A DNA stretch of 64,000 nt from a virus: the IMG/VR virus record IMGVR_UViG_3300025120_014916, positions 64,001-128,000 of that record. One strand, written 5' to 3'. The first letter of the stretch is position 1. The number at the start of each line of letters is the position of its first letter. This document shows positions 49,201 through 56,614 of this stretch, in pieces. Both the position numbers and the translations under genes were made by a program. The notes under the pieces are model-generated. The model saw nothing but the letters and a program-made list of their open reading frames with translations. It had not been told where the DNA came from and made no database searches.

Positions 49201-52038
49201 TGATGTATTAGCATCTGCTCCAATCTTTATAATTTCAGATGATCCGAGCTGGAGACCGGGAGCTGCGTCTTTAATAAAGTGCTCTTGCCCTGTACCAATT
49301 TTAAGTGATTTTTCATCAGCTATGTATATATCGCCCCATTCATTTGTTGTAGTTCCTAGGTCACTTCCGCCAGAAGCGCTTGGAGATAAGTTTTTATTGA
49401 CTTCAAATGAGTTGGTATCATTCTGCCACTGGAATGTTTTATCAGTAGTACCTTTAATAGTAATACCGCCGCCATCTGCTGTAGTATCTGATGCAGCTGC
49501 AACATTAAAAACCATTGAACCTGCTGAACTGTGATTGGCATCAAGTGTTATTTGAGTTGCACTATTAATTGCAGTAATTGTCCTTGTACCGCTATTTGCT
49601 GTATTGAAAGCACCGGTTCCGGAGGCTTTTACAACTGTTTGACCAATAATCATTCCGGTGGTCGATGCCACATTAACAGTTGCATTTCCCGTGGTTAGAT
49701 TAGATGTTGCACTTACACTAGAAATTGCTACAACTGATCCTAATTCTATATTTTTATCATCAACTATCAATGTTGAACTGTTAACAGTCGTTGTTGTGCC
49801 ATTAACTACTAGATCACCTGCTACTACAACTTCGCCAGTTGATGATATTGTAAGTCTGTCTGTATTGCTTCCTGCATCAAATCTGATTTTGTCAGTGCTA
49901 TGATCATAATAAATTTGTCCGGATGCTGCAGCTGCGTTATCGCCAAATTGAATCAAACCAATATTGTTCGCAGAGCCTACCAACTGAATAGCTGGCCTTG
50001 CGTCATCTTCACTAATTACTGTTGCTGTTGTTGAATATACACCTCCTGATGATTGGTCACGTTTTGCATGGACCTCAGCTTGTGCCTGTTCTGTTCCGGC
50101 GCCTAGGCGTTCAACACTAAGATTAGCTTTTGTAAATGTCAGGTCGCCAGTACTTGCTCCTGTTGCTGTTGTTGTCCCAAGAGCAAACTCATCACGAGAT
50201 TCATCCCAGATAAATGCGGCATTATCGCTAGAGCCTCTTTCAATTATAAAGCCGGCGTCACCTGAAGGTGTTCCGGTGGTTCCATTTGCTAATTCAATTA
50301 ATTTATCTGAAGTTTTGACGCTTCCATCGAAAATTGATGGGCCTACGACTGTAAATGTATTTGAACCTGATACTGTCATCGAACCGGTTACAGTCATTGA
50401 ACCTGATATGGAAAGGTTTGCACCTACATTAGATCCGGATGCTGCTACTATTTCTACGTTACCGGAGACTATTAATGCATCATTTGATCCAGAAGCACCT
50501 ATCTTAAGTGGTGATGATCCCCTGAGTTCACCTTTTACTACTTGGTCACCCTCAACTACGAAAGTAGTGGCTTCACCAAACCTTCTTACTGTTATAACTT
50601 CAATGTTTCTAGAATTAAATCCAACTCCATCAACAACACGAGTAGTCGCATTTCGATGATCCGGATCACTTAGTACAATTAATTCTTGCAAGTCTGTGGT
50701 TGTCGTTCCTTCTGGAACAAAGCAAGGTTTTTGGAATATTGTTCCGGAAACAACTAAGTCACCTGCAATTACAGTTACCCCTGATGTTGCAGGTAGTCTT
50801 CCTGTTGTACCACACGCCCCAGATATATAAGTACTGATATCTGATGGAAGGGCTGTTGTTGCAGCATTCAAACCGTAACTCTTAGTTGCAGCAACTCCGC
50901 CACCCTGAATAACAACTTGATTTGTGCTACCGTCAACTAAAATAGCACCTTGCTTTTTTACTGGTGCACCTGAAATAATAGAAGAGCCCTCAACACGGAA
51001 ATCTGCAGTTTTACCGTCTTCATTGAAAACTGCAATATTTGATGCAGCAACAATAAAGTTAGAACCTGAGATTATTGTTCTTTTAAGACCGCCGCCGGCG
51101 TAGGTTGAACCAAAACCAATTACAACTTCACCAGTATTTGAACTGGTTAGGCTTTGTCCTATTACAGTGCTATAGTTTTGTTCTGTTTTGTTAAATATTC
51201 CACCCATAACATTAGAGTACGATCCGGATACCTTATTATAAGCCCCACCAAATATTCCTGAAAAATCAGAGCCACCTGAAGCTAGATTAGTTGTTCCAGA
51301 TATGTGATTATCTCCGCCTCCAACAATTACACTTGCACTTGAACCTGAGATAAGATTGTTCTTTCCGCCGAATATTGCATTTTTTGTATTTGACGTCAAT
51401 TGTGTTGGCTTAGTTGCGTTACCAAAACCTCCAACAACAGCATCATGCTCTCCTGAACCGGTTACTTTATTACCAAATGCAATACTATTTGTCCCAGAAG
51501 CTAATGGGCCATCACCAATAGCAACTGAATGTGTACCTGCTGCTAGCGGGTCTAATGCTGGTGTACCATTATATTCGTCATAATAGTGAAGACCTTCAAG
51601 CACATCATTTGTTATTGTACTTTTAATTGTTAGCTGACCATTTGATGCAGAAGTAATTTGAATTCCTGCAGCTGCAACAAGATATGAAACACCGTCAGCT
51701 GTATGGTGAATGGATCCACTTATAGACCCACCGAAGTTGCGGCCGGCGTCTTTAACAACAAGGGATCCGGAAATATAAGTATCGCCTTGAAGTAATACTG
51801 CTCCACCGTTTGAGCCGTCCTTAGAAGTCTGTGAACCACTTATAAAAATTGATACATCATTTCCGATATCTGTATATGCAGGCGCAGCTGGATTACCTCC
51901 AAGCTCATTTGGCGCTACTGACTCACTATAAACAGAAAGTTCTAGTTTTTTATGAACTATACCGCCGGAAGGCGAGCTTCCTGTCATTATTACTTTAGCT
52001 GTTCTTATTTGATTAGCTGTAAAATCTCTAACTGCCAT
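46207..52038 (-). CDS. Long tail fibre / adhesin (1943 aa)
   Basis: G/S/T/A/D-rich; YadA-head-like repeats (SVAIG..PLASGTNSIAFG); repeated ISGS/VSGS motifs; internally duplicated fibre modules. Confidence 0.85.
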   Translation of the reverse strand: MAVRDFTANQIRTAKVIMTGSSPSGGIVHKKLELSVYSESVAPNELGGNPAAPAYTDIGNDVSIFISGSQTSKDGSNGGAVLLQGDTYISGSLVVKDAGRNFGGSISGSIHHTADGVSYLVAAAGIQITSASNGQLTIKSTITNDVLEGLHYYDEYNGTPALDPLAAGTHSVAIGDGPLASGTNSIAFGNKVTGSGEHDAVVGGFGNATKPTQLTSNTKNAIFGGKNNLISGSSASVIVGGGDNHISGTTNLASGGSDFSGIFGGAYNKVSGSYSNVMGGIFNKTEQNYSTVIGQSLTSSNTGEVVIGFGSTYAGGGLKRTIISGSNFIVAASNIAVFNEDGKTADFRVEGSSIISGAPVKKQGAILVDGSTNQVVIQGGGVAATKSYGLNAATTALPSDISTYISGACGTTGRLPATSGVTVIAGDLVVSGTIFQKPCFVPEGTTTTDLQELIVLSDPDHRNATTRVVDGVGFNSRNIEVITVRRFGEATTFVVEGDQVVKGELRGSSPLKIGASGSNDALIVSGNVEIVAASGSNVGANLSISGSMTVTGSMTVSGSNTFTVVGPSIFDGSVKTSDKLIELANGTTGTPSGDAGFIIERGSSDNAAFIWDESRDEFALGTTTATGASTGDLTFTKANLSVERLGAGTEQAQAEVHAKRDQSSGGVYSTTATVISEDDARPAIQLVGSANNIGLIQFGDNAAAASGQIYYDHSTDKIRFDAGSNTDRLTISSTGEVVVAGDLVVNGTTTTVNSSTLIVDDKNIELGSVVAISSVSATSNLTTGNATVNVASTTGMIIGQTVVKASGTGAFNTANSGTRTITAINSATQITLDANHSSAGSMVFNVAAASDTTADGGGITIKGTTDKTFQWQNDTNSFEVNKNLSPSASGGSDLGTTTNEWGDIYIADEKSLKIGTGQEHFIKDAAPGLQLGSSEIIKIGADANTSNIEIGNISQAKTITVGHDTSTKVDVNAATVELDAGTAITIDSAGTAAAAVGITSAGGLDFTSTGAHPIDIESTNAAGNIILKTAHTAGVAFHIDADADSASEVQIDAGILDIDVTGAATLDATSMTTTAATQSIAASTSLTVTSPAVIIDSATDGKPVVTIKTTNTTAASSGELQFLKDAADTEDGEILGKITFFGEDEGNNSTQFAGIVASISESDETDEAGTLELQVAESDGTNTAMTTGLKLEGEHATDGQVDVTIAAGAASTTTIAGDLTVTTDLAVDGVSNLDNVDIDGTFTMDGTTFDVNASGAVTIDGTTISIDGTDDVNLTVTSSTAGEDLTIAQVGANDSSIIITAAGTGTDAIKIDATAGDMLIAPNLINGKTLKIGPTSATEMVFTPHGTAANEKISLTNTSGNADDAIKIESTAGGVTIKSNTAKVILSGSSADDSVHVQSSMLVGGKLVVNGGGIPTVILGDTINTNDATIESATVANNVAGRKFIIDAGNATAGGNNNLGGGDLFLNAGRGKGSASGGDIIFQSALAAGSGNTVNPYQETFRIKESKRVLILSGVNGSPNSINESLYADTNFFVSGSIGSRGTATLGTAVFGGDVVISGSLNGGSPLTIGTDLEIAGGTLEFSKAGENAILVPDNQADALVIKEGSNLYAKFATTGGSELVTFFKDVLIQDDKKLLFGTDSDAYIEYDEDGSNSLVAHVPAAGFTILGIPTGDNSPVRLNLLSSEAALVADEVVGQIDFQAIGESGTDAQEICASIQAIAEAEFDSANNQTKLAFFTAKSEDATSVAAKLEINHGGAVTMNAGTTTAGGNGFDGGEDGAPTADVQEINNEVVTTFKINIDNMVSTAGSGARIIGDSSGAANAYFARLNSGVNGLIYKAEMICVEAPTTGEPDLDLYAKSDLQPEGGGVGGDFAKLIDADGDWIVSKYKEQIGPFPGSTDPAYTNGLHNYYLYLANGNGGTSDAGTYGAGKWLVRLYGVKTFGT

Positions 52039-52041
52039 TTT

Positions 52042-52665
52042 TTAACATCCTCTTTCGATTGCTTGCATATAAACTTTTCCTTTATAGCCGGCTTTTGATA
52101 CTTCTATTGTTACTGCTGTTGTTGATATTGCTGTAACAAATGCATTCACATCTTCATCTGCTGATACTGTAACGATTGGTGTACAACTAAATGCTGCTTG
52201 AAATGTATAGGTATATTGATCTTGACCAGACACTTTTGGAAATTGCAGTGTTGCTACTTCTAATTCTTTTCCGATATTTGGCATTTCATATACTCCGTCT
52301 TCTAATGCTTGATAGTATACATATCCTGTATAATATCCACTAGTTCTAAATATGCACTGAGAAGTTGTTATATCCGTAATAAAAACATTAAAGTTAGGAT
52401 TGTTTATTGTGGCATCGTCTGTTGTTCTTGCAAGTGTTGTTGCTATTACTGCTGGAGGTGTATCAAAACAGCATGGAAATTCATGCACTAGTTCAGACTG
52501 GTTGTCAAAATATTCCCAATATGCGCCCCATGTAAACGTTGATACGTTTTTAAGATCATCACACAATAGCGGTCTTGGCTTCTTTCTTATATAACGATAT
52601 ATTTTCCTATATCTATTTTGGTCTCTTACAAGAACCTTTTTGTCGTCTTTTATGAAAGTTGCCAT
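52042..52665 (-). CDS. Tail-fibre-associated protein with two tandem small beta domains (H-type lectin-like)
   Basis: Two similar units, F...F.TPPAVIAT...NVFIT.IT...YYQALE and F..AFSCTPIVTVS...NAFVTAIST...YMQAIE; directly upstream of the fibre. Confidence 0.55.
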   Translation of the reverse strand: MATFIKDDKKVLVRDQNRYRKIYRYIRKKPRPLLCDDLKNVSTFTWGAYWEYFDNQSELVHEFPCCFDTPPAVIATTLARTTDDATINNPNFNVFITDITTSQCIFRTSGYYTGYVYYQALEDGVYEMPNIGKELEVATLQFPKVSGQDQYTYTFQAAFSCTPIVTVSADEDVNAFVTAISTTAVTIEVSKAGYKGKVYMQAIERGC

Positions 52666-52682
52666 TTAAAACCCGCTCGTCG

Positions 52683-54053
52683 CTAAATTATTTCCGCTGC
52701 TATAGAAGATAAATATGACCTTTCTCCCTTTTTTAACTGTACATGGCCTGCAACTTTTTCATTTTTAAATTTTTCGCTAACAATAGTCAGACCATTAGAG
52801 TGTGAATCTATGTAAGGCGTATCAATTTGATCAACATCACCTAGTAAAACAATTTTACTATTTTCGCCAACTCTTGTAATTACTGTCTTTAATTCATGAA
52901 TAGTGCAGTTTTGTGCTTCATCCATAATTAAAAAAGTATCAGCAAATGTTCTTCCTCTCATGAAAGCTAGGGGTGCAATCTCAATATCCCCCTTATCTCT
53001 CATTGAACTAAAGTATGTAAGGTCATTATCTTTCAAACCTTGACGAAAGTTATCCATGATTGGTGCTATCCATGGAAGCATCTTATCATTCATATCGCCC
53101 GGTAAAAATCCTATATCCCTACCAACAGGCTGTACATTTCTAGTGATAACAATTCTTCTATATCTTCCTGCATGCAATCCTTCTATTCCTGCTAATAATG
53201 TTAAGTAAGTCTTTCCGCTGCCCGCTAGTCCGGTTATTGAAACAAGTGGAATAGAATCATCATTCAAAAGGTTAATTGCATAAAGCTGTTCTCTATTTCT
53301 TTCTTTTACCCAAGCTAGACCACTACTCATTTCTTCACTACTTTTTAGTTTTTTAATATTGCCTTCCGAGTAAAATCCTAAAAAGGATTGACTTCCTGAT
53401 TTTAAACAAATAAATTCGTTTTCTAGAAATTTTCTTCCTAAACTCTTTTCTGCTGCAGTTAAAATGGTCTTATTATGTGAATGCAGATCAGAATAGCACA
53501 TATCTATAATATAATTGTCACTATCTTTTATTTCTATATCGACATAACCTCTATAGAATTCTTCATCTGCTAAATCTATTTTATCTTTAAGATAGTCTTG
53601 CGCAGTAATCCCCAGTGCATCACACTTAACTCTGAAGTTAATGTCTTTTGTTACCATTATGACAGGACATTTATTTTTTTGAGTTAATTCTAAAGCTAAT
53701 CCGATCATCTGATTGTCTGGGGAAGACGCGTCCAATCCTACTGGTACCTTGTATTTTGTTTTAATATCAACTTTTATTGTTTGATTACTTCTATTTTGTA
53801 TCTCTATGCCTGAATGTAAATTTCCAACCTTTCTTAAATTATCCAAATATCTGTTTACATATCTCGCATTTTCACCGATTATACCTTTTTTATCTTTAAA
53901 CCTATCTAATTCATCAAGTGCTACTAACGGTATAAGTACATCATTACCAGAAAAAGAATGAATTGAGCACCTATCGTAAAGCATCACGCTGGTATCTAAA
54001 ATAAATATTTTTCTATTTTTATCTGTTTTTAACTTAGACATTATACATTTCAC
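52683..54053 (-). CDS. phoH: PhoH-family ATPase with N-terminal PIN domain (PhoH2/YlaK type)
   Basis: ILDTSVML (PIN); SPDNQMI; VTKDINFRVK; GLAGSGKT; GFLPGD..KM.PW; FMRGRT; DEAQN; RVGENSKIVLLGD..QID. Confidence 0.95.
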   Translation of the reverse strand: MKCIMSKLKTDKNRKIFILDTSVMLYDRCSIHSFSGNDVLIPLVALDELDRFKDKKGIIGENARYVNRYLDNLRKVGNLHSGIEIQNRSNQTIKVDIKTKYKVPVGLDASSPDNQMIGLALELTQKNKCPVIMVTKDINFRVKCDALGITAQDYLKDKIDLADEEFYRGYVDIEIKDSDNYIIDMCYSDLHSHNKTILTAAEKSLGRKFLENEFICLKSGSQSFLGFYSEGNIKKLKSSEEMSSGLAWVKERNREQLYAINLLNDDSIPLVSITGLAGSGKTYLTLLAGIEGLHAGRYRRIVITRNVQPVGRDIGFLPGDMNDKMLPWIAPIMDNFRQGLKDNDLTYFSSMRDKGDIEIAPLAFMRGRTFADTFLIMDEAQNCTIHELKTVITRVGENSKIVLLGDVDQIDTPYIDSHSNGLTIVSEKFKNEKVAGHVQLKKGERSYLSSIAAEII

Positions 54054-54123
54054 CTTTTTTTTGTTTTTTTTAAGTAGACCGGTTATTATTATAAGTATAA
54101 CACGTTAAAAGGTATAAATAAAT

Positions 54124-54363
54124 ATGAAACAAAAATGCTTTGAAAAATGCTCTTCAGAAAAAAAGAATTGTAGTGTTAATGCATGCAGATACTGGATAGA
54201 AGCTAAGGAATATAACAACTGCTGTATAGTTGGCGCAAACTCTAGTGAAAAAATTACATTACAGAATATAGGTGAAATATTTAAAGTAACTAGAATGAGA
54301 ATATGTCAAATAGAAAAAATAGCTGTTAAGAAGCTTAAAGAAAAAGTTGTTTCGATACTGTAG
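54124..54363 (+). CDS. Stand-alone sigma70 region-4 HTH protein with Cys-rich N-terminus
   Basis: ITLQNIGEIFKVTRMRICQIEKIAVKKLK matches the region 4.2 consensus (TL.EIG..F.VTRERIRQIE..AL.KL); N-terminal C..C...C..CC. Confidence 0.85.
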   Translation: MKQKCFEKCSSEKKNCSVNACRYWIEAKEYNNCCIVGANSSEKITLQNIGEIFKVTRMRICQIEKIAVKKLKEKVVSIL

Positions 54364-54390
54364 TGTTTTTCACTAATAAAATAAAAAATG

Positions 54391-54420
54391 AAAAGGGGAT
54401 CAAATATGATCCCCTTTTTT
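54391..54420. terminator. Bidirectional intrinsic terminator between convergent genes
   Basis: Perfect 12-bp stem AAAAGGGGATCA / TGATCCCCTTTT with a 4-nt loop; T-run on + and A-run upstream. Confidence 0.88.
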
Positions 54421-54446
54421 AGCATAGTAAGAATGATTTAGATTAT

Positions 54447-54635
54447 CTATTCATTCTTATCATACGTCAAAGAACTTTTTACAAGATCAGCTGCAGCTTT
54501 TTTAACTTCGCGTAATGCTTTTCTTGCTCTAACACCTGCTGATTTATTACCTTGCGCATTTTTAAGTACATCTGTTTGAAGTGTTTCAACAAGTACTTTT
54601 AATTCTTCGTATTGTGTAACAATTGTTTCGTTCAT
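54447..54635 (-). CDS. Histone H1-like nucleoid protein (Hc1 family, short form)
   Basis: KNAQGNKSAGVRARKALREVKKAAADLVKSS matches the Hc1 core (GNKAAG.RARK....K); SD GAGGAG upstream. Confidence 0.85.
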   Translation of the reverse strand: MNETIVTQYEELKVLVETLQTDVLKNAQGNKSAGVRARKALREVKKAAADLVKSSLTYDKNE

Positions 54636-54646
54636 GATTATCTCCT

Positions 54647-54907
54647 CTAGTTTAAAAGAATTTTATTTTTGTTGCTGTCTTTATCTATATTATTACTATT
54701 TTCTTCTGCGTTAAAATTTGAACCAAACTTTTTTAAAAAACTAGCTATTTTTTTCATATTTTCATTATCCTCTAATGACATTGCAAGGTTAAGCATTATT
54801 TCTATTTTTTGCTCATCTGTTACGCCAAATTCTAAGATTGTTTTACAGATTTTTCTTGCCTCTTTTTTTCTATTTAATAACTCAATAGCTTTCTTTTTTT
54901 CTGACAT
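54647..54907 (-). CDS. Hypothetical 86-aa helical protein
   Basis: ORF coupled in the run chaperonin-like > Zn protein > this gene > Hc1. Confidence 0.6.
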   Translation of the reverse strand: MSEKKKAIELLNRKKEARKICKTILEFGVTDEQKIEIMLNLAMSLEDNENMKKIASFLKKFGSNFNAEENSNNIDKDSNKNKILLN

Positions 54908-54909
54908 TT

Positions 54910-55377
54910 TTACTCCACAATATCAACAATTACATTGTTTTTAATTTTAAAAATATTAGACGATGATACTTCTATAGTTTTTACATGTTGTTTTTCATCT
55001 ATTATCTCTCTTCTTAACACAACGACTTCACCCCATCTTTCTTCTTCAAATATGTCTACTATTTGTTCCCAATTAGATATATCAGTTTCTATTTTTATAA
55101 GTGCGTTTGTCAGCCTTTCTGGTAGCATGTATCCTAATTCTTCTATAGAGACTGTTAAACTGCTTTGATCTTTTCCGCCTCTTATCTCTGATCTACATAT
55201 GTCTTTAACGTGGTGCATCGTATCACAGTTGTTGCACTTTACTAGTTTTGGAATTACATTTCCATTCTTATCAAACTTAGAATATACTGGAAATTTGTGA
55301 CTAGGCATTTCTTTTTTTACAGCCCTATATATTGCTAAAACACAGTGACACTCTATTAAATGCTTAATTCCCTGCAT
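54910..55377 (-). CDS. Hypothetical putative Zn-binding protein
   Basis: ECHC ... KCNNC...H....C. Confidence 0.6.
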   Translation of the reverse strand: MQGIKHLIECHCVLAIYRAVKKEMPSHKFPVYSKFDKNGNVIPKLVKCNNCDTMHHVKDICRSEIRGGKDQSSLTVSIEELGYMLPERLTNALIKIETDISNWEQIVDIFEEERWGEVVVLRREIIDEKQHVKTIEVSSSNIFKIKNNVIVDIVE

Positions 55378-56614
55378 GTATGACCAGCCTATCTATTTGT
55401 GAATATATATTTTTTATACTGTTTACCTTTTTATTGACAAAATTTATCAAATTTTTTGGTAGATAATAGGCTGAACTATTAAGACTTACAACACAGAATA
55501 CTTTATTTGAATGACCGGTCAACCTCATCATATAATCAACTTCTCTTATAAAGTCATTATTAGAATATAAAATTTCAGGTATAAATAGTTTAATTGACTT
55601 ATTAGTAAACCTCTTTATCCTTTTAGATAATAGTTTTTTACTTTCTTCGTGCACTGTTATTTTATTTAATTTATTACTAAGAAAAGATCGATGAATTACT
55701 AGATCCGCTTCCGAAGCAACAGGTTTTATTTTAAAACCTTTTTTATGAAATGTTATTTCTCGACCTACCGATAAATTGCTTCGAACAGCTTGTGATATTG
55801 TCTCTCCCGTCCTACTAGAAACAATATTATCTTTATGCAGGACTGCTATATCATTTAGTACATTTATTGTATTTTCATCAAATGTTATGATAATAGGCAT
55901 AACTTCAAACTTGCTATGTGAATTATTATGTTTTATTACATGACTTACTTCATCTGACATTCCAAAACAAAAAATTACATGAGGTACTTTTGTTTTATTT
56001 GCCTGGTCAAGTAAATGGTGTATTTCGCCTATTGATTCTACATACCCGTCAATTATGATAAACTTGTAATCACTCATTGTGTGGAAGTCTTTACCTCCTA
56101 AAAATGATGTGTCGTAATCTAGATCAAAATTAAGAACGTTCTTTTTTTCAACATATATATCTGTTAACTTACTACTATGAATACTAACAGTGTACTCGCG
56201 CGAAGCATTTTCAATAATCCATTTAAAAATGGATTTTAACTCTTTAAATTTAAAGCTATCAATAAAGTATTTTGATGAATCTTTGCAAAATAGATGTTTA
56301 TCATAAATTTCTTTATTTTCTTTTGAAAAATACTTCTTAATAAAAAAGTCTCCCAAGTATGGGTATATCTTTTCACATTCAATAAATTCTTTTTTTAATA
56401 ATAACTTTAACTGTTCTTTGCACTCATTACCAGAAAAAGTATTTAAGTAGTTTAATGCTTGATCTGAAACTAAATTCATATCAGAGTAAAGACATTGCTG
56501 ACTATTCCTTAGATCATCGAACATTATATTGCTTTCATCTAAGAAATTATCAACTTCCTTTCTATTAAAAACTTTTTTCTTTTTAGGAATCACGCCATAA
56601 GTTGTTTGCTGCAT
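55364..56614 (-). CDS. Degenerate GroEL/Cpn60-like protein (apical domain kept, ATP-binding motif lost)
   Basis: YKFIIIDGYVESIGEIHHLLDQANKTKVPHVIFCFGMSDEV...VLNDIAVL...IVSSRTG aligns by eye to the GroEL apical domain. The GDGTTT position reads PYLGDFFI. The start may instead be a GTG overlapping the prkA stop. Confidence 0.7.
   Translation of the reverse strand: MQQTTYGVIPKKKKVFNRKEVDNFLDESNIMFDDLRNSQQCLYSDMNLVSDQALNYLNTFSGNECKEQLKLLLKKEFIECEKIYPYLGDFFIKKYFSKENKEIYDKHLFCKDSSKYFIDSFKFKELKSIFKWIIENASREYTVSIHSSKLTDIYVEKKNVLNFDLDYDTSFLGGKDFHTMSDYKFIIIDGYVESIGEIHHLLDQANKTKVPHVIFCFGMSDEVSHVIKHNNSHSKFEVMPIIITFDENTINVLNDIAVLHKDNIVSSRTGETISQAVRSNLSVGREITFHKKGFKIKPVASEADLVIHRSFLSNKLNKITVHEESKKLLSKRIKRFTNKSIKLFIPEILYSNNDFIREVDYMMRLTGHSNKVFCVVSLNSSAYYLPKNLINFVNKKVNSIKNIYSQIDRLVIHAGN

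Noticed and set aside
47600-50659. Long plus-strand ORFs (e.g. 47891..48892, 333 aa; 50276..50659)
   Set aside because: Antisense shadows of the G/A/T/D-rich tail fibre; S/V/A/P-biased with no motifs.
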